Assembly (NCBI GenBank): GCA_051875395.1
Contig: JBJEGV010000009.1
Span: forward strand, 19,756-83,755
Origin: Alistipes sp.
GTDB lineage: Bacteria > Bacteroidota > Bacteroidia > Bacteroidales > Rikenellaceae
Direction of reading: 5' to 3'
Length of the DNA stretch: 64,000 nt
Shown one piece after another: positions 1 to 9,863 of the stretch. The notes below the pieces were generated by a model that was not told the DNA's origin, made no database searches, and worked only from the letters and a program-made list of their open reading frames with translations. Within the stretch, counting starts at the first letter, position 1; each line of letters opens with the position of its first letter. Made by a program: the position numbers and the translations under genes.

Positions 1-129
1 GTCGCCTAACGAATAGTACTCCATTATCCAACCCGGACTTTTCCCCAACTTATCCCAGCCATCGGTACAACTGCACAACAACATTGTTGCACATGCCAAA
101 ATTCCTGCTATTGTTTGAAACCGTTTCAT
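1..129 (-). CDS. Lipoprotein, 5' part only (runs off window start)
   Basis: Manual translation from ATG at 129: MKRFQTIAGILACATMLLCSCTDGWDKLGKSPGWIMEYYSLGD...; basic N-terminus, hydrophobic core, lipobox LCSC, open to position 1; promoter directly upstream. Confidence 0.75.
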   Translation of the reverse strand, partial: MKRFQTIAGILACATMLLCSCTDGWDKLGKSPGWIMEYYSLGD

Positions 130-148
130 ATCAGTCGATAATGCAATA

Positions 149-179
149 CAAATGTAAGCGCAAAAAAATGAATTCCAAA
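149..179 (-). promoter_or_regulatory. Bacteroidetes sigma-A promoter for the lipoprotein gene
   Basis: Minus strand TACATTTG (149-156) and TTTG (176-179), 19-bp spacer. Confidence 0.7.
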
Positions 180-270
180 TAATTATGGCAGAAAAAATGT
201 CGTGATGCGACGAGTTTGCGTATCCCGACTTCATTTTTTAGGCGGTGTTACCTCGTTCGGACATGGTGTC

Positions 271-3200
271 CTATTCGATTTTGATTTTGAAGAATATGGC
301 GTAGAGTATCGGCACAAAGAAGAGCGTGGCCAATGTGGAGAAGAGCAAACCTCCCATGATGGTTGCCGCCATGGAGCCGAACATCGAGTCGCTCAACAGC
401 GGAATCATTCCGAGAATGGTGGTCAGCGACGCCATCATCACGGGGCGCAGACGACTCTCGGAACTCGACACGAGTGCCTCGGCAGGCGGAATGCCGGCTG
501 CGATTTGCTCGCCTATTTCGTCCATAAGCACGATGCAGTTTTTCATCATCATTCCGACCAAACCCAATGCACCCACTATGGCGCAGAATGTAAACGACAA
601 TCCGCTCAACAACATAGCTGCGACGATGCCGACCGCAAGCAACGGAATGCAGCAGAGAATGATGACGGGTTTGCGGTAGCCCTTGAACAGCATTATCAGT
701 ATGAGAATCATCAGCACGATGCCCAACGGTACGTTTTTGAAGAGGTAGTGCATCGTTTGCGTGCTTGCATCCTTTTCGCCCATCCATCGCAGCCGATACC
801 CTTCGGGCAGGTCGAGCCGTTCAATCTGCTCGGCAATGATTGTACGAGCCTTCTCGGTCTCTATGCCGGTTGCGGGCGAACACATGACGGTTTGCGTCCT
901 CTGCCCGTTGTAACGCGGCACGACAGACTCTTCCCAGCAGACATTGACTCCTCGACTGACCTGCTTCAAAGGGGTGGTACGCATGAGCGACGATACAATC
1001 TCGCTTCGGTCGGCTGTACCCGATTTCAGACGCAGCATGCTCTCTTTGTCCGAAAGGGCATCGAGGTTGGGCAGCATGGAGAATAGCGGGACATTTTCCA
1101 AATTGTCCATCTTCTCCTCGTCGCTCTTGGCACATTTCAGATAAATGGTGTTTTTGTGGATGCCGTCGTAGAAATTGCCTACCGGTATGCCGCCTGTCGC
1201 CGTAAGGACGGACATCGAAATATCCTGTCGGCTCAATCCCGAACGGCGTGCGGCCGACTGCTCGTAATCGATTTCCAACAGCGGAACGGCAGGCTCCCAA
1301 TCGGTCGTTATCAGATTTACCTCCGGCGTGCGTTCCATGATAAGACGCGCGGAGTCGGCAAGCGCATGCAGTACGGCAGGGTCGGGACCCGTAAACAACA
1401 CCTCGATAGGGTATTTCTTGTACATGATGTTGTACCGTTTCAGTTTGACGTACGCATCGGGATAGCGTTGCAACAACGTCTGCTGAATCTCGTCCATATT
1501 GCGCTTCAACGCATCGGGCGACTCGAAATCGATAATCAGTTCGCCGTATGCGAGCGACGGAATGGCTATGCTGCGCACAAGGTTGTAACGAGCGGGAGTT
1601 CCGCCGATTGAGGTCGTAACATCGACTATCTCCGGACGGCTTGTCAGATAGGAGCGTATCTCCTCCAAATCGTCTGCCACTTTGGCCGAATCGGTACCCT
1701 CGGGGAGTTTGTATTCCATGTAGAGTTGGTCGTACTCCATATCCGGAAAGAAGCCGTGCCGCATGTATTTGTAGCCGAACAGACTCAAACCGACCAACGA
1801 TAGTGCGACGACAACCGAAGCGACCCTGTGGTGCAGTCCGAAATTCAACGCCTTGCGCAACCAAACGTACACGCGGCCGTCATACAGCGTTTGACTGTTG
1901 CTGTCGGCAGGTGCGGATTTTAACCAACTGTCGGCCATCAACGGCACATGTACGAGTGCCAATATCCAACTCAACAGCAGTGAGACGGCGAGTACGATGA
2001 ACAGGTCGCGCACATACACGCCGGCAGTGTCGGGCGAGAGAAAGACGGGCAGAAATGCCAAAATCGCAATCAATGTCGCACCGAGCAGCGGCATGGCGGT
2101 TTTTCTGCCTATGGCGGTCATCGCCTCCATGCGTGGTCTGCCTCGTTTCAAATCTATCAATATGCCGTCGATGACTACAATGGCATTGTCCACCAACATT
2201 CCCATAGCCAATATGAACGATGCCAACGATACACGCTGCATGGAGCCGTCCATAAAGCCCAACATCAAAAATGTGCCGATGACGATTACCACGAGACTTA
2301 CCCCTATTATGGCACCGCTTTTGAAGCCCATGACTATCATCAATATCGCAACGACGATGATTATCGATTCGATTAGATTGACGAAAAATGTCGAGAGTGC
2401 GTCGGTTACGCGCTCCGGCTGATAGAACACTCTGTGGCACTCCACGCCTGCGGGAAACACTCCTGCCGCGAGTTCTGCAAGCCGTTGTTCGACCTGTCGG
2501 CCGACTTTCACTATGTCGGTGCCGGAAGCAGCGGCAACGGCGATACCCAAAGCCCGTTCGCCGTTGTATGCCATGGCATTGCGGACGGGCGAGGCATAAT
2601 CCTCTTCAATCTTTGCTATGTCGCCCAATCGGAGTTGGTCGTCCTCGTGTCCCTGAATAATCATGCGGCGAATCTGCTCCACATGCCTGAATTTGTCGCT
2701 TACCGTTACACGCACACGCTTGTCGCCGTTGTCGTAGTAGCCCGTATAATAGATGCCGTTTTGTCCGCGCAATGTGGTCAATACCTCTGCTGGCGAAACG
2801 CCGAGCGTGGCCATTCGTTCGGGCTGAATCTCGATGTTGATGCACTCCTCGCGCTCGCCATATACTGCCACGCGCCCCACGCCGTCGATGTCGGTCAGTT
2901 CGCGCTGAATCAGTCGGGCATAGTCGGATAGCGTGCGATAGTCGGCACCGTCGCCGGTCAGGGCATAGAACATGCCGTAAACCAATCCGAAATCGTCCTG
3001 CACCATCACCGAAGTACCCTCCGACAGAGAGGCTTCCGTGTCGGCCACCTTGCGCCGCAACATATCCCAGCACTGTTCGATTTCGCTGTCGGGTACGGTG
3101 CGTTTCATCTCGACTTGCAGAATGGCCAAATCGTTGTACGACCAACTGCTGACATAATCCACCTCGCCTATGGTGCGGATGCTCTTTTCCAACGGCTCGG

Positions 3201-3393
3201 TTACCTCCATCTCCATCTCGTGGGCGGACGCTCCCGGTCGGGTGGCTGCAACCATCGCCATCTTGACTTTTATCTCGGGGTCTTCCAGTTTGCTCATGTC
3301 GTAAGCGGAGTATAATCCGCCCGCAAGCAAAACGGCGACGAGAAAATAGACGAGTTTTTTGTTGTCAAAAGCCCATTTGCCGAAATCAATCAT
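271..3393 (-). CDS. RND efflux permease (AcrB/AcrD/AcrF family)
   Basis: 1040 aa; N-terminal TM, two large periplasmic loops, TM4 GMLVDNAIVV, C-terminal RLRPVMMASLTTILGMIPL. Confidence 0.95.
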   Translation of the reverse strand: MIDFGKWAFDNKKLVYFLVAVLLAGGLYSAYDMSKLEDPEIKVKMAMVAATRPGASAHEMEMEVTEPLEKSIRTIGEVDYVSSWSYNDLAILQVEMKRTVPDSEIEQCWDMLRRKVADTEASLSEGTSVMVQDDFGLVYGMFYALTGDGADYRTLSDYARLIQRELTDIDGVGRVAVYGEREECINIEIQPERMATLGVSPAEVLTTLRGQNGIYYTGYYDNGDKRVRVTVSDKFRHVEQIRRMIIQGHEDDQLRLGDIAKIEEDYASPVRNAMAYNGERALGIAVAAASGTDIVKVGRQVEQRLAELAAGVFPAGVECHRVFYQPERVTDALSTFFVNLIESIIIVVAILMIVMGFKSGAIIGVSLVVIVIGTFLMLGFMDGSMQRVSLASFILAMGMLVDNAIVVIDGILIDLKRGRPRMEAMTAIGRKTAMPLLGATLIAILAFLPVFLSPDTAGVYVRDLFIVLAVSLLLSWILALVHVPLMADSWLKSAPADSNSQTLYDGRVYVWLRKALNFGLHHRVASVVVALSLVGLSLFGYKYMRHGFFPDMEYDQLYMEYKLPEGTDSAKVADDLEEIRSYLTSRPEIVDVTTSIGGTPARYNLVRSIAIPSLAYGELIIDFESPDALKRNMDEIQQTLLQRYPDAYVKLKRYNIMYKKYPIEVLFTGPDPAVLHALADSARLIMERTPEVNLITTDWEPAVPLLEIDYEQSAARRSGLSRQDISMSVLTATGGIPVGNFYDGIHKNTIYLKCAKSDEEKMDNLENVPLFSMLPNLDALSDKESMLRLKSGTADRSEIVSSLMRTTPLKQVSRGVNVCWEESVVPRYNGQRTQTVMCSPATGIETEKARTIIAEQIERLDLPEGYRLRWMGEKDASTQTMHYLFKNVPLGIVLMILILIMLFKGYRKPVIILCCIPLLAVGIVAAMLLSGLSFTFCAIVGALGLVGMMMKNCIVLMDEIGEQIAAGIPPAEALVSSSESRLRPVMMASLTTILGMIPLLSDSMFGSMAATIMGGLLFSTLATLFFVPILYAIFFKIKIE

Positions 3394-4460
3394 AACAAGC
3401 CTCCCGTATTTGTTTCAGATGTTGCGGTCATTGGCCGTATCTGTTGTCCCTCTCTGAGTTTGTGAACACCTACCGCCACGACCCGTTCGCCTGCCGACAA
3501 CCCTTGCGAGATGATTGCCCGACCGTCGGTGTGCAGCCGTTCGACCGAGACGCTACGCAGAGAGACGGTGCCGCCGTGTTCGTCGTAAACCCAAACGCAA
3601 CTGCAATCCTCGCGGCCGAACAAGGCGGATGAAGGTATTTCGGTTTGCGGATTTGCGGTGTCGCTGATAACGACATCGACCATAGCCGTCATACCGGGTG
3701 AGGGTTGAGGCGATATGTCGCGCGGAATGGCGAGACGCACGGAGTAGAGTTGATTGGCGTTGGCTTTCGGCGCAATGCCCGTCAGTCGGAGCGGAATGCG
3801 GCGGTCGGGGAGAAAATCGAACGATGCACTGAACGACCGCATCTTGTCCCGACGGATGTAGGCCGATGCGGGGATGTTGATTTCTATTTCGCGCTCTCCG
3901 TCGGCAACCATCGTAACAACGGGCATTCCCGCTGCTATGACAGTCGGCGTATCGAACAACCGTTGCTGTATCGCTCCGTCGAAAGGGGCATATATCTTTG
4001 TGTCGGAGAGTTGATGCTTGGCATTTTCGTATTTGGCGGTAATCTGGCGCAATCCGTAACGCGCCTTGTCGTAAGCATCGGCTGTGCTGACGCTGTCGGC
4101 ATAGAGAGCCATTATGCGGTCGGCTTCCGCCTTTACTTTCAGATACTCCGCTTCGACGGCATCGAGTTGCGTGCGGTAGTCGCGGGCATCCAACTCGGCA
4201 ATCGGTTGTCCCTTGACGACTCTGCCGCCCTCTTCGACGAATACATTCGCCAATGTTCCGCTGACCTTGAATGCCAAACCGACCTCTTCTGCCGCTTTGA
4301 CACGTCCCGGGTACTCCTGCACCGATGCGGTCGTTGCGTTCCGCACCTCGACGAGCAGCACGTTTGGAATGTCGGCAGATTTTGTCCGATTGCCGTCGCA
4401 TGCACCGTTGAGCAACGACAGCCCTGCGAACAGACATGTTATAAAAGAGTTGTGTTTCAT
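3390..4460 (-). CDS. RND periplasmic adaptor (membrane fusion protein), lipoprotein
   Basis: Lipobox LNGAC; GRVKAAEEVGLAFKVSGTL, hairpin, TKIYAPFDG; 4-bp overlap with permease. Confidence 0.93.
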   Translation of the reverse strand: MKHNSFITCLFAGLSLLNGACDGNRTKSADIPNVLLVEVRNATTASVQEYPGRVKAAEEVGLAFKVSGTLANVFVEEGGRVVKGQPIAELDARDYRTQLDAVEAEYLKVKAEADRIMALYADSVSTADAYDKARYGLRQITAKYENAKHQLSDTKIYAPFDGAIQQRLFDTPTVIAAGMPVVTMVADGEREIEINIPASAYIRRDKMRSFSASFDFLPDRRIPLRLTGIAPKANANQLYSVRLAIPRDISPQPSPGMTAMVDVVISDTANPQTEIPSSALFGREDCSCVWVYDEHGGTVSLRSVSVERLHTDGRAIISQGLSAGERVVAVGVHKLREGQQIRPMTATSETNTGGLL

Positions 4461-4487
4461 AAATCGATGACTGTTTTACGAATGTCG

Positions 4488-4495
4488 CAAAGTTA
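4488..4495 (-). promoter_or_regulatory. -7 promoter box for the efflux operon
   Basis: TAACTTTG on minus strand, 27 bp upstream of adaptor ATG. Confidence 0.6.
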
Positions 4496-4631
4496 CGAAA
4501 CAGGTTGCGGATTTGCGAGTTCAATAATGAGCAAAGAGTGTGCGATATGTACGGTAATATCGAAAAATGTGGCGATATTGCGGTACTTTTTGTTCGATTT
4601 TTTGTTTCTTTGCAGAGAAAGACGCAGTAGT

Positions 4632-5477
4632 ATGCAGCCGAACGGAACGCCAAACATAAAATTGTTCGACATCGATGCCGGCAACGTCAATCTCTCGAAT
4701 ACAATCGGCTATATCGAGCAGATGGGCTTTCTGCTGTGCCGGCAGGGGAGCATATCGCTGATACTCGATAATCGAATCTATGATGTCGGGGCGGGCGACC
4801 TGTATATCTATCCCGCATTCACGCATACGCAGATAAAATCCTTCACGCCCGATTTGCAGGGTGTGGCAGGCACAGCCGATTTCGAATTCGTGTTGTCGGC
4901 TCTCGATTCAATCGCCGATACCAAGAGCCATATCTACATTCGGTGTAATCCCCGTGTGTCGCTGACGACAAAACAATACGGGCGCATAGCCGATATAATT
5001 GCATGCGTACGGGCGCGAAAAGACGAACATACACCTTTGGGCGGGAATGTGCTGTCGTCGCTCATACGGGCGTTGTGCTGCGAAATTGTCGATGCCTACA
5101 TCTCCAATACGCATGTGCGTACCATGAAGCAGACCCGCAAAGACAAGACGTTTCAGAATTTCATCGTGTCGTTATACGCCAATTTCCGCACCCGCAGGGA
5201 TGTCGGATATTATGCCGAGCAGCAAAATCTTACACCCCGCTATTTTACGACTTTGATTCGCGAGGTGTCGGGCAAAACGCCGTTGCAGTGGATTACGATG
5301 TTCGTAATCATCGAGGCCAAGCGTCTGCTTGCCAATCCCAATATCAGCATCAAGGAGGTGTCGGACAGACTCAATTTTTCGGCACAAACCCTCTTCGGGC
5401 GATATTTCAAACTGTATGCGGGTTGTTCGCCGTCGGCTTATCGGGCTTCGGCAGGTACGAACAACGGGGAGCGATAA
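4632..5477 (+). CDS. AraC-family transcriptional regulator
   Basis: True start is probably ATG 4632 (MQPNGTPNIKLF), not 3705; C-terminal HTH pair YYAEQQNLTPRYFTTLIREVSG ... SIKEVSDRLNFSAQTLFGRYFKLYAGCSPSAYR; divergent from efflux genes. Confidence 0.9.
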   Translation: MQPNGTPNIKLFDIDAGNVNLSNTIGYIEQMGFLLCRQGSISLILDNRIYDVGAGDLYIYPAFTHTQIKSFTPDLQGVAGTADFEFVLSALDSIADTKSHIYIRCNPRVSLTTKQYGRIADIIACVRARKDEHTPLGGNVLSSLIRALCCEIVDAYISNTHVRTMKQTRKDKTFQNFIVSLYANFRTRRDVGYYAEQQNLTPRYFTTLIREVSGKTPLQWITMFVIIEAKRLLANPNISIKEVSDRLNFSAQTLFGRYFKLYAGCSPSAYRASAGTNNGER

Positions 5478-5516
5478 CTTTGTCGCTCCCCGTATTATGC
5501 TTCGTTACGGCTTCCG

Positions 5517-6617
5517 TTATACGTTGAAAAGGAAGTGCATGATGTCGCCGTCCTGCACGACATAGTCCTTGCCCTCGATGCCTATTTTGCCTACATCGCG
5601 GCATGCCTTCTCGGAACCGAGCGAGACATAGTCGTCGTATTTTATCACTTCGGCACGGATAAAGCCCTTTTCGAAGTCGGTGTGTATGATGCCTGCCGTC
5701 TGCGGTGCTTTCATTCCGCGCACATAGGTCCATGCACGCGACTCGTCCGCTCCCGTCGTAAAGAAGGTTTCGAGGTCGAGCAGTTTGTAGGCTGCCTTGA
5801 TAAGGCGGTTTACGCCCGACTCCTCCAAACCCAAATCGTCGAGGAACATCTTGCGCTCCTCGTAACTCTCCAATTCGGCTATGTCCGCCTCGGTAGCGGC
5901 AGCCACGATAAGCATCTCGGCATGTTCGTCTGCTATGGCAGCCTCGACTGCCTCGGTATAGGCGTTGCCCGATACGGCACTCTTCTCATCGACGTTGCAG
6001 ACATAAAGCACGGGCTTGTCGGTAAGCAGGTTGAGGTCGCTTACGGTCTTGCGCTCCTCCTTGTCGAGTTCGACGGTGCGTGCGCTCTGTCCCTGTTCCA
6101 AAGCCGCCTTGTAGCGCAGCAGAATGTCGTACTGCTTCTTGGCGGTTTTGTCGCCGCCCGTCTGTGCCTGTTTGGCGACCTTGGCGATACGGTTTTCGAC
6201 CGTTTCGAGGTCTTTGAGTTGCAGTTCGGTGTCGATTACGCCCTTGTCCCGCACGGGGTCCACCGAGCCGTCCACATGGGTAATGTTGCCGTCGTCGAAG
6301 CATCGCAACACATGGATTATCGCATTGGTGTTGCGGATGTTGGCAAGGAACTTGTTACCCAAGCCTTCGCCTTTGGATGCTCCCTTGACAAGTCCCGCAA
6401 TATCGACAATCTCGATGGTGGTCGGGATGACGCGCTTGGGGTTGTCGATTTCGGCAAGGCGCACCAATCGCTCGTCGGGAACGGTAATCACTCCGACATT
6501 CGGTTCGATGGTGCAGAAAGGAAAGTTCGCCGATTGCGCCTTGGCGTTCGACAAACAGTTGAAAAGCGTCGATTTGCCGACATTCGGCAGACCGACTATG
6601 CCACATTGTAAAGCCAT
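5517..6617 (-). CDS. ychF: Redox-regulated ATPase YchF (OBG family)
   Basis: GIVGLPNVGKSTLFN, ANFPFCTIEPN, DIAGLVKGASKGEGLGNKFL, HTDFEKGFIRAEV. Confidence 0.97.
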   Translation of the reverse strand: MALQCGIVGLPNVGKSTLFNCLSNAKAQSANFPFCTIEPNVGVITVPDERLVRLAEIDNPKRVIPTTIEIVDIAGLVKGASKGEGLGNKFLANIRNTNAIIHVLRCFDDGNITHVDGSVDPVRDKGVIDTELQLKDLETVENRIAKVAKQAQTGGDKTAKKQYDILLRYKAALEQGQSARTVELDKEERKTVSDLNLLTDKPVLYVCNVDEKSAVSGNAYTEAVEAAIADEHAEMLIVAAATEADIAELESYEERKMFLDDLGLEESGVNRLIKAAYKLLDLETFFTTGADESRAWTYVRGMKAPQTAGIIHTDFEKGFIRAEVIKYDDYVSLGSEKACRDVGKIGIEGKDYVVQDGDIMHFLFNV

Positions 6618-6629
6618 ATATTCGTATCT

Positions 6630-7979
6630 CTATAAAATCTCTTCTCCAAAAAGCGTGGCCGACGACGACCCCTTGATGCGCACGCGAACGTAGTCGCCCG
6701 CCTTATGGGTGCCGCAGTCGAATACTACCATCTTGTTCTGCGAGGTGCGACCGCAAAGTTGCTTGTCGCTCCGCTTCGATGCGCCCTCGACCAATACCTC
6801 GAACTCTTTGCCTTCGTCGCGTGCGTTGCTCGCCGTCGAGAGTTCGGATTGCAGGGCGATAATCTCGCTCAATCGGCGACCCTTCTCTTCGTCCGAAACA
6901 TCGTCGGCATAATGGCGTGCAGAGAATGTCCCCGGCCGTTCGGAATATTTGAACATAAATGCCGAATCGTAACCCACTTCGCGCATGAGAGAGAGCGTTT
7001 GCCGATGGTCGTCCTCGCTTTCGCCGCAGAAACCTGCAATGAGGTCGGTGGTGATTGCACAGTCGGGCATATAGCGTCGAATGGCGGCGATGCGCCCCAA
7101 ATACCACTCGCGGGTGTATTTGCGGTTCATGCGCCGGAGTACCTCGTCGGACCCCGATTGTGCAGGCAGATGAATCGCCTTGCAGATGTTGTCGTAGCGT
7201 GCCATGACCTCCAACAGTCGGTCGCTGATGTCCTTCGGGTGTGAGGTCGAGAAACGCACGCGCAACAGTGGCGATATTTCCGCCACCATGGCCATAAGTT
7301 CCGGAAAACCGACATCGCCCGAGCGGTAGGAGTTTACGTTCTGACCGAGCAGCGTAACCTCGCGATAACCGTGGGCAAAGAGGTCGCGAGCCTCGGCAAC
7401 GATGGTCTGCGGGTCGCGACTGCGTTCGATGCCGCGCGTGTAAGGCACGACGCAGTAGGCGCAATAGTTGTTGCAACCGCGCATAATCGAAATGAAGGCA
7501 CTCACGCCGTTCTTATCCAGACGGACGGGCTTAATCTCGGCGTAGGTCTCCTCCTGCGACAGCAGGACGTTTACGCCTTTGCATCCGCTCTCCGCTTCGC
7601 GAACAAGACGGGGCATGTCGCGATAGGTGTCGGGACCTGCGACGATGTCCACTCCGCCGTTCTCGATAAGTCGTTCTTTCAGTCGCTCGGCCATGCAGCC
7701 TATGATGCCGACCACGAGCGACGGTTTGGCTTTGCGGTAGCGGCGCATATCGGCAATGCGTCCCCAAATGCGCTGTTCTGCATTGTCGCGAATCGAACAG
7801 GTGTTGATGAGTATGACGTCCGCCTCCTTGATGTTTTCGGTATAGATATAGCCCTCCTGCTGCATAATCGATACCACAATCTCGCTGTCGCCTGCATTCA
7901 TCTGACAGCCGTAGGTCTCGATAAACAGCCGTTTGCCCAAGCCCTGCAACGGGCGCAATCCGTTTGTGTCGAAATTCAT
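6630..7979 (-). CDS. miaB: tRNA-2-methylthio-N6-dimethylallyladenosine synthase MiaB
   Basis: IETYGCQMN, LINTCSIRDNAE, radical SAM CNNYCAYC, C-terminal TRAM domain. Confidence 0.95.
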   Translation of the reverse strand: MNFDTNGLRPLQGLGKRLFIETYGCQMNAGDSEIVVSIMQQEGYIYTENIKEADVILINTCSIRDNAEQRIWGRIADMRRYRKAKPSLVVGIIGCMAERLKERLIENGGVDIVAGPDTYRDMPRLVREAESGCKGVNVLLSQEETYAEIKPVRLDKNGVSAFISIMRGCNNYCAYCVVPYTRGIERSRDPQTIVAEARDLFAHGYREVTLLGQNVNSYRSGDVGFPELMAMVAEISPLLRVRFSTSHPKDISDRLLEVMARYDNICKAIHLPAQSGSDEVLRRMNRKYTREWYLGRIAAIRRYMPDCAITTDLIAGFCGESEDDHRQTLSLMREVGYDSAFMFKYSERPGTFSARHYADDVSDEEKGRRLSEIIALQSELSTASNARDEGKEFEVLVEGASKRSDKQLCGRTSQNKMVVFDCGTHKAGDYVRVRIKGSSSATLFGEEIL

Positions 7980-7988
7980 TTGGACAGC

Positions 7989-8999
7989 CTAAAAGTTTTG
8001 TATTTCGGTCTTCTCCGGCAGAGGCTTGAAGCCCTCGCCGAAGGTATCGTAGGCATCGGTAATAACGAGGAATACGGTAGGGTCGTACTCCTTGATGATA
8101 CGCTGTACGGGTACCACCTCGCGGCTCGGTACGACGAGGAATGTCATCTCCTTGTCGTTGTCGGTGTACATGCCTTTGGCCTTGATGTAGGTGGCTGTGC
8201 GGTCCAAATCTTTAAGGATAAAGTCTTTGAGTTTGTCGTTGTGCTTTTCGGAGATTATGAACAGCAGTTTGTTGTTGGAAGCACCCGCGATGACGTATGC
8301 CAATACGCGCGACGAAACATAGATGGCTATGAGCGAGTAGAGCGACAGCAGCCAACCGCTTGCAGCGGGTTGTCCCGTACCTACTCCGAAGCCGATGACT
8401 ATCAATCCCGAGATGACGACTGCCGAATCGGCAATCAGCACGCTGTTGGAGAATTTGATATGGCAGTATTTCTGCAAAATCATCGCTACGATATCCGTGC
8501 CTCCCGTTGTCGCCTGTTGTCGAACGACCAAACCGACTCCGACGCCGATAATCACGCCGCCGATGATGGTGGTAAGCATCAGATGCTCCGACAAATCGAG
8601 CATGCCGCCGACGAGTTGCGACGGGTCGAGCCGATGCAGAGCATCCTCGTTGGGATAGGAGAGGCGCGAGATGATGTTCATCGCACCCGGCGTGTAGAGC
8701 GCGGCAACGATGGTGCGCGAGCCGAAATGACTGCCGAAAATGATGACCGCGATGATGAGCAGCGGAATGTCGAACATGTAGCCGAATGTTCCCACCTGCA
8801 CGGAAGGGAAGATGTTGTGCAACACGATACTTGCGCCATATACGCCACCAGGAACGATGTTGTAGGGGCTGATGAAATATACATAGCCTGCGGCCATCGT
8901 GGTACATCCGATGAAAATCAATATCCACGACATCCACCATCGCAACGAGAATATCGGCTCGGTAAAATTGTGCAAATCCAATATCTTTATACTTTTCAT
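7989..8999 (-). CDS. YitT family membrane protein
   Basis: YNIVPGGVYG, ATTGGTDIVA, C-terminal DUF2179-like YDPTVFLVITDAYDTFGEGF. Confidence 0.88.
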   Translation of the reverse strand: MKSIKILDLHNFTEPIFSLRWWMSWILIFIGCTTMAAGYVYFISPYNIVPGGVYGASIVLHNIFPSVQVGTFGYMFDIPLLIIAVIIFGSHFGSRTIVAALYTPGAMNIISRLSYPNEDALHRLDPSQLVGGMLDLSEHLMLTTIIGGVIIGVGVGLVVRQQATTGGTDIVAMILQKYCHIKFSNSVLIADSAVVISGLIVIGFGVGTGQPAASGWLLSLYSLIAIYVSSRVLAYVIAGASNNKLLFIISEKHNDKLKDFILKDLDRTATYIKAKGMYTDNDKEMTFLVVPSREVVPVQRIIKEYDPTVFLVITDAYDTFGEGFKPLPEKTEIQNF

Positions 9000-9022
9000 A
9001 ACACAATACGATTAGCAGATTG

Positions 9023-9110
9023 CAAAGTTAATACAATATGCCGAATAAGGAGTCGGCGACAAACTTTTTTTTGAATATGATATGTAGTTGGATGTTTTTT
9101 ATTACCTTTG
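9023..9110. promoter_or_regulatory. Divergent promoter pair yitT / plsY
   Basis: TAACTTTG on minus strand (9023-9030) and TACCTTTG on plus strand (9103-9110). Confidence 0.65.
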
Positions 9111-9138
9111 CGCGTAATATTGTCGCTTAACGACGGAG

Positions 9139-9831
9139 ATGATACTGACTTATTACTGCATCGCTACGCTGCTTATTGCCGCATATCTGCTCGGCTCCAT
9201 TCCAAGTGCCGTGTGGATAGGCAAGCGGTATTACGGCGTCGATATAAGGGAGCAGGGCAGCAAAAATGCCGGTACGACGAATATGTTGCGGGTATTGGGC
9301 AGACGGGCAGCCTTGCCGGTATTCCTGATAGATTATGTCAAGGGATTCGTGGCTGTCAGCATCATGTCGATTATGCGGTATGACGACAACATCTCGCCGA
9401 GTTGGCTCATAAATCTGAAAATCATAGCCGTATTCGTCGCCGTATTGGGGCATATATTCCCGATATTCGCCAATTTCAAGGGCGGCAAAGGTGTCGCCAC
9501 GCTCGTCGGTACGATTACCGGTATTCAGCCGAATATCGCGCTGTTGTGTTTCGGCGTGTGGCTGTTGGTGTTTATCGTGTCGCACTATGTCTCGTTGGCA
9601 TCGATTATCGCGGGATGCTGCTTCCCGTTGTTCGTCTCCATATTCGCCGGCGGTATCTACAAGCGTTACGGCGATACGTCGGTATCGTTCATCGTCTTTG
9701 CGATAGTGGTGGCTGTGATGCTGATATGGACCCACCGCAAGAATATCGAGCGGCTGCTCGCCGGCACCGAATCGAAAATATACATTTGGAAACCGCTTAA
9801 AGATAACAATACAACGAACAAGAGTAACTAA
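9139..9831 (+). CDS. plsY: Glycerol-3-phosphate 1-O-acyltransferase PlsY
   Basis: YLLGSIP, DIREQGSKNAGTTNMLR, LGHIFPIFANFKGGKGVAT, HRKNIERLLAGTE. Confidence 0.95.
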   Translation: MILTYYCIATLLIAAYLLGSIPSAVWIGKRYYGVDIREQGSKNAGTTNMLRVLGRRAALPVFLIDYVKGFVAVSIMSIMRYDDNISPSWLINLKIIAVFVAVLGHIFPIFANFKGGKGVATLVGTITGIQPNIALLCFGVWLLVFIVSHYVSLASIIAGCCFPLFVSIFAGGIYKRYGDTSVSFIVFAIVVAVMLIWTHRKNIERLLAGTESKIYIWKPLKDNNTTNKSN

Positions 9832-9863
9832 CTCCCGATTCGGGTAAAAAATCTGTTTTTAGT

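Noticed and set aside
3705-4631. 590-aa AraC with a long N-terminal extension as given in the ORF track
   Set aside because: The extension overlaps the efflux adaptor on the opposite strand and the intergenic promoter; the real protein starts near 4632.
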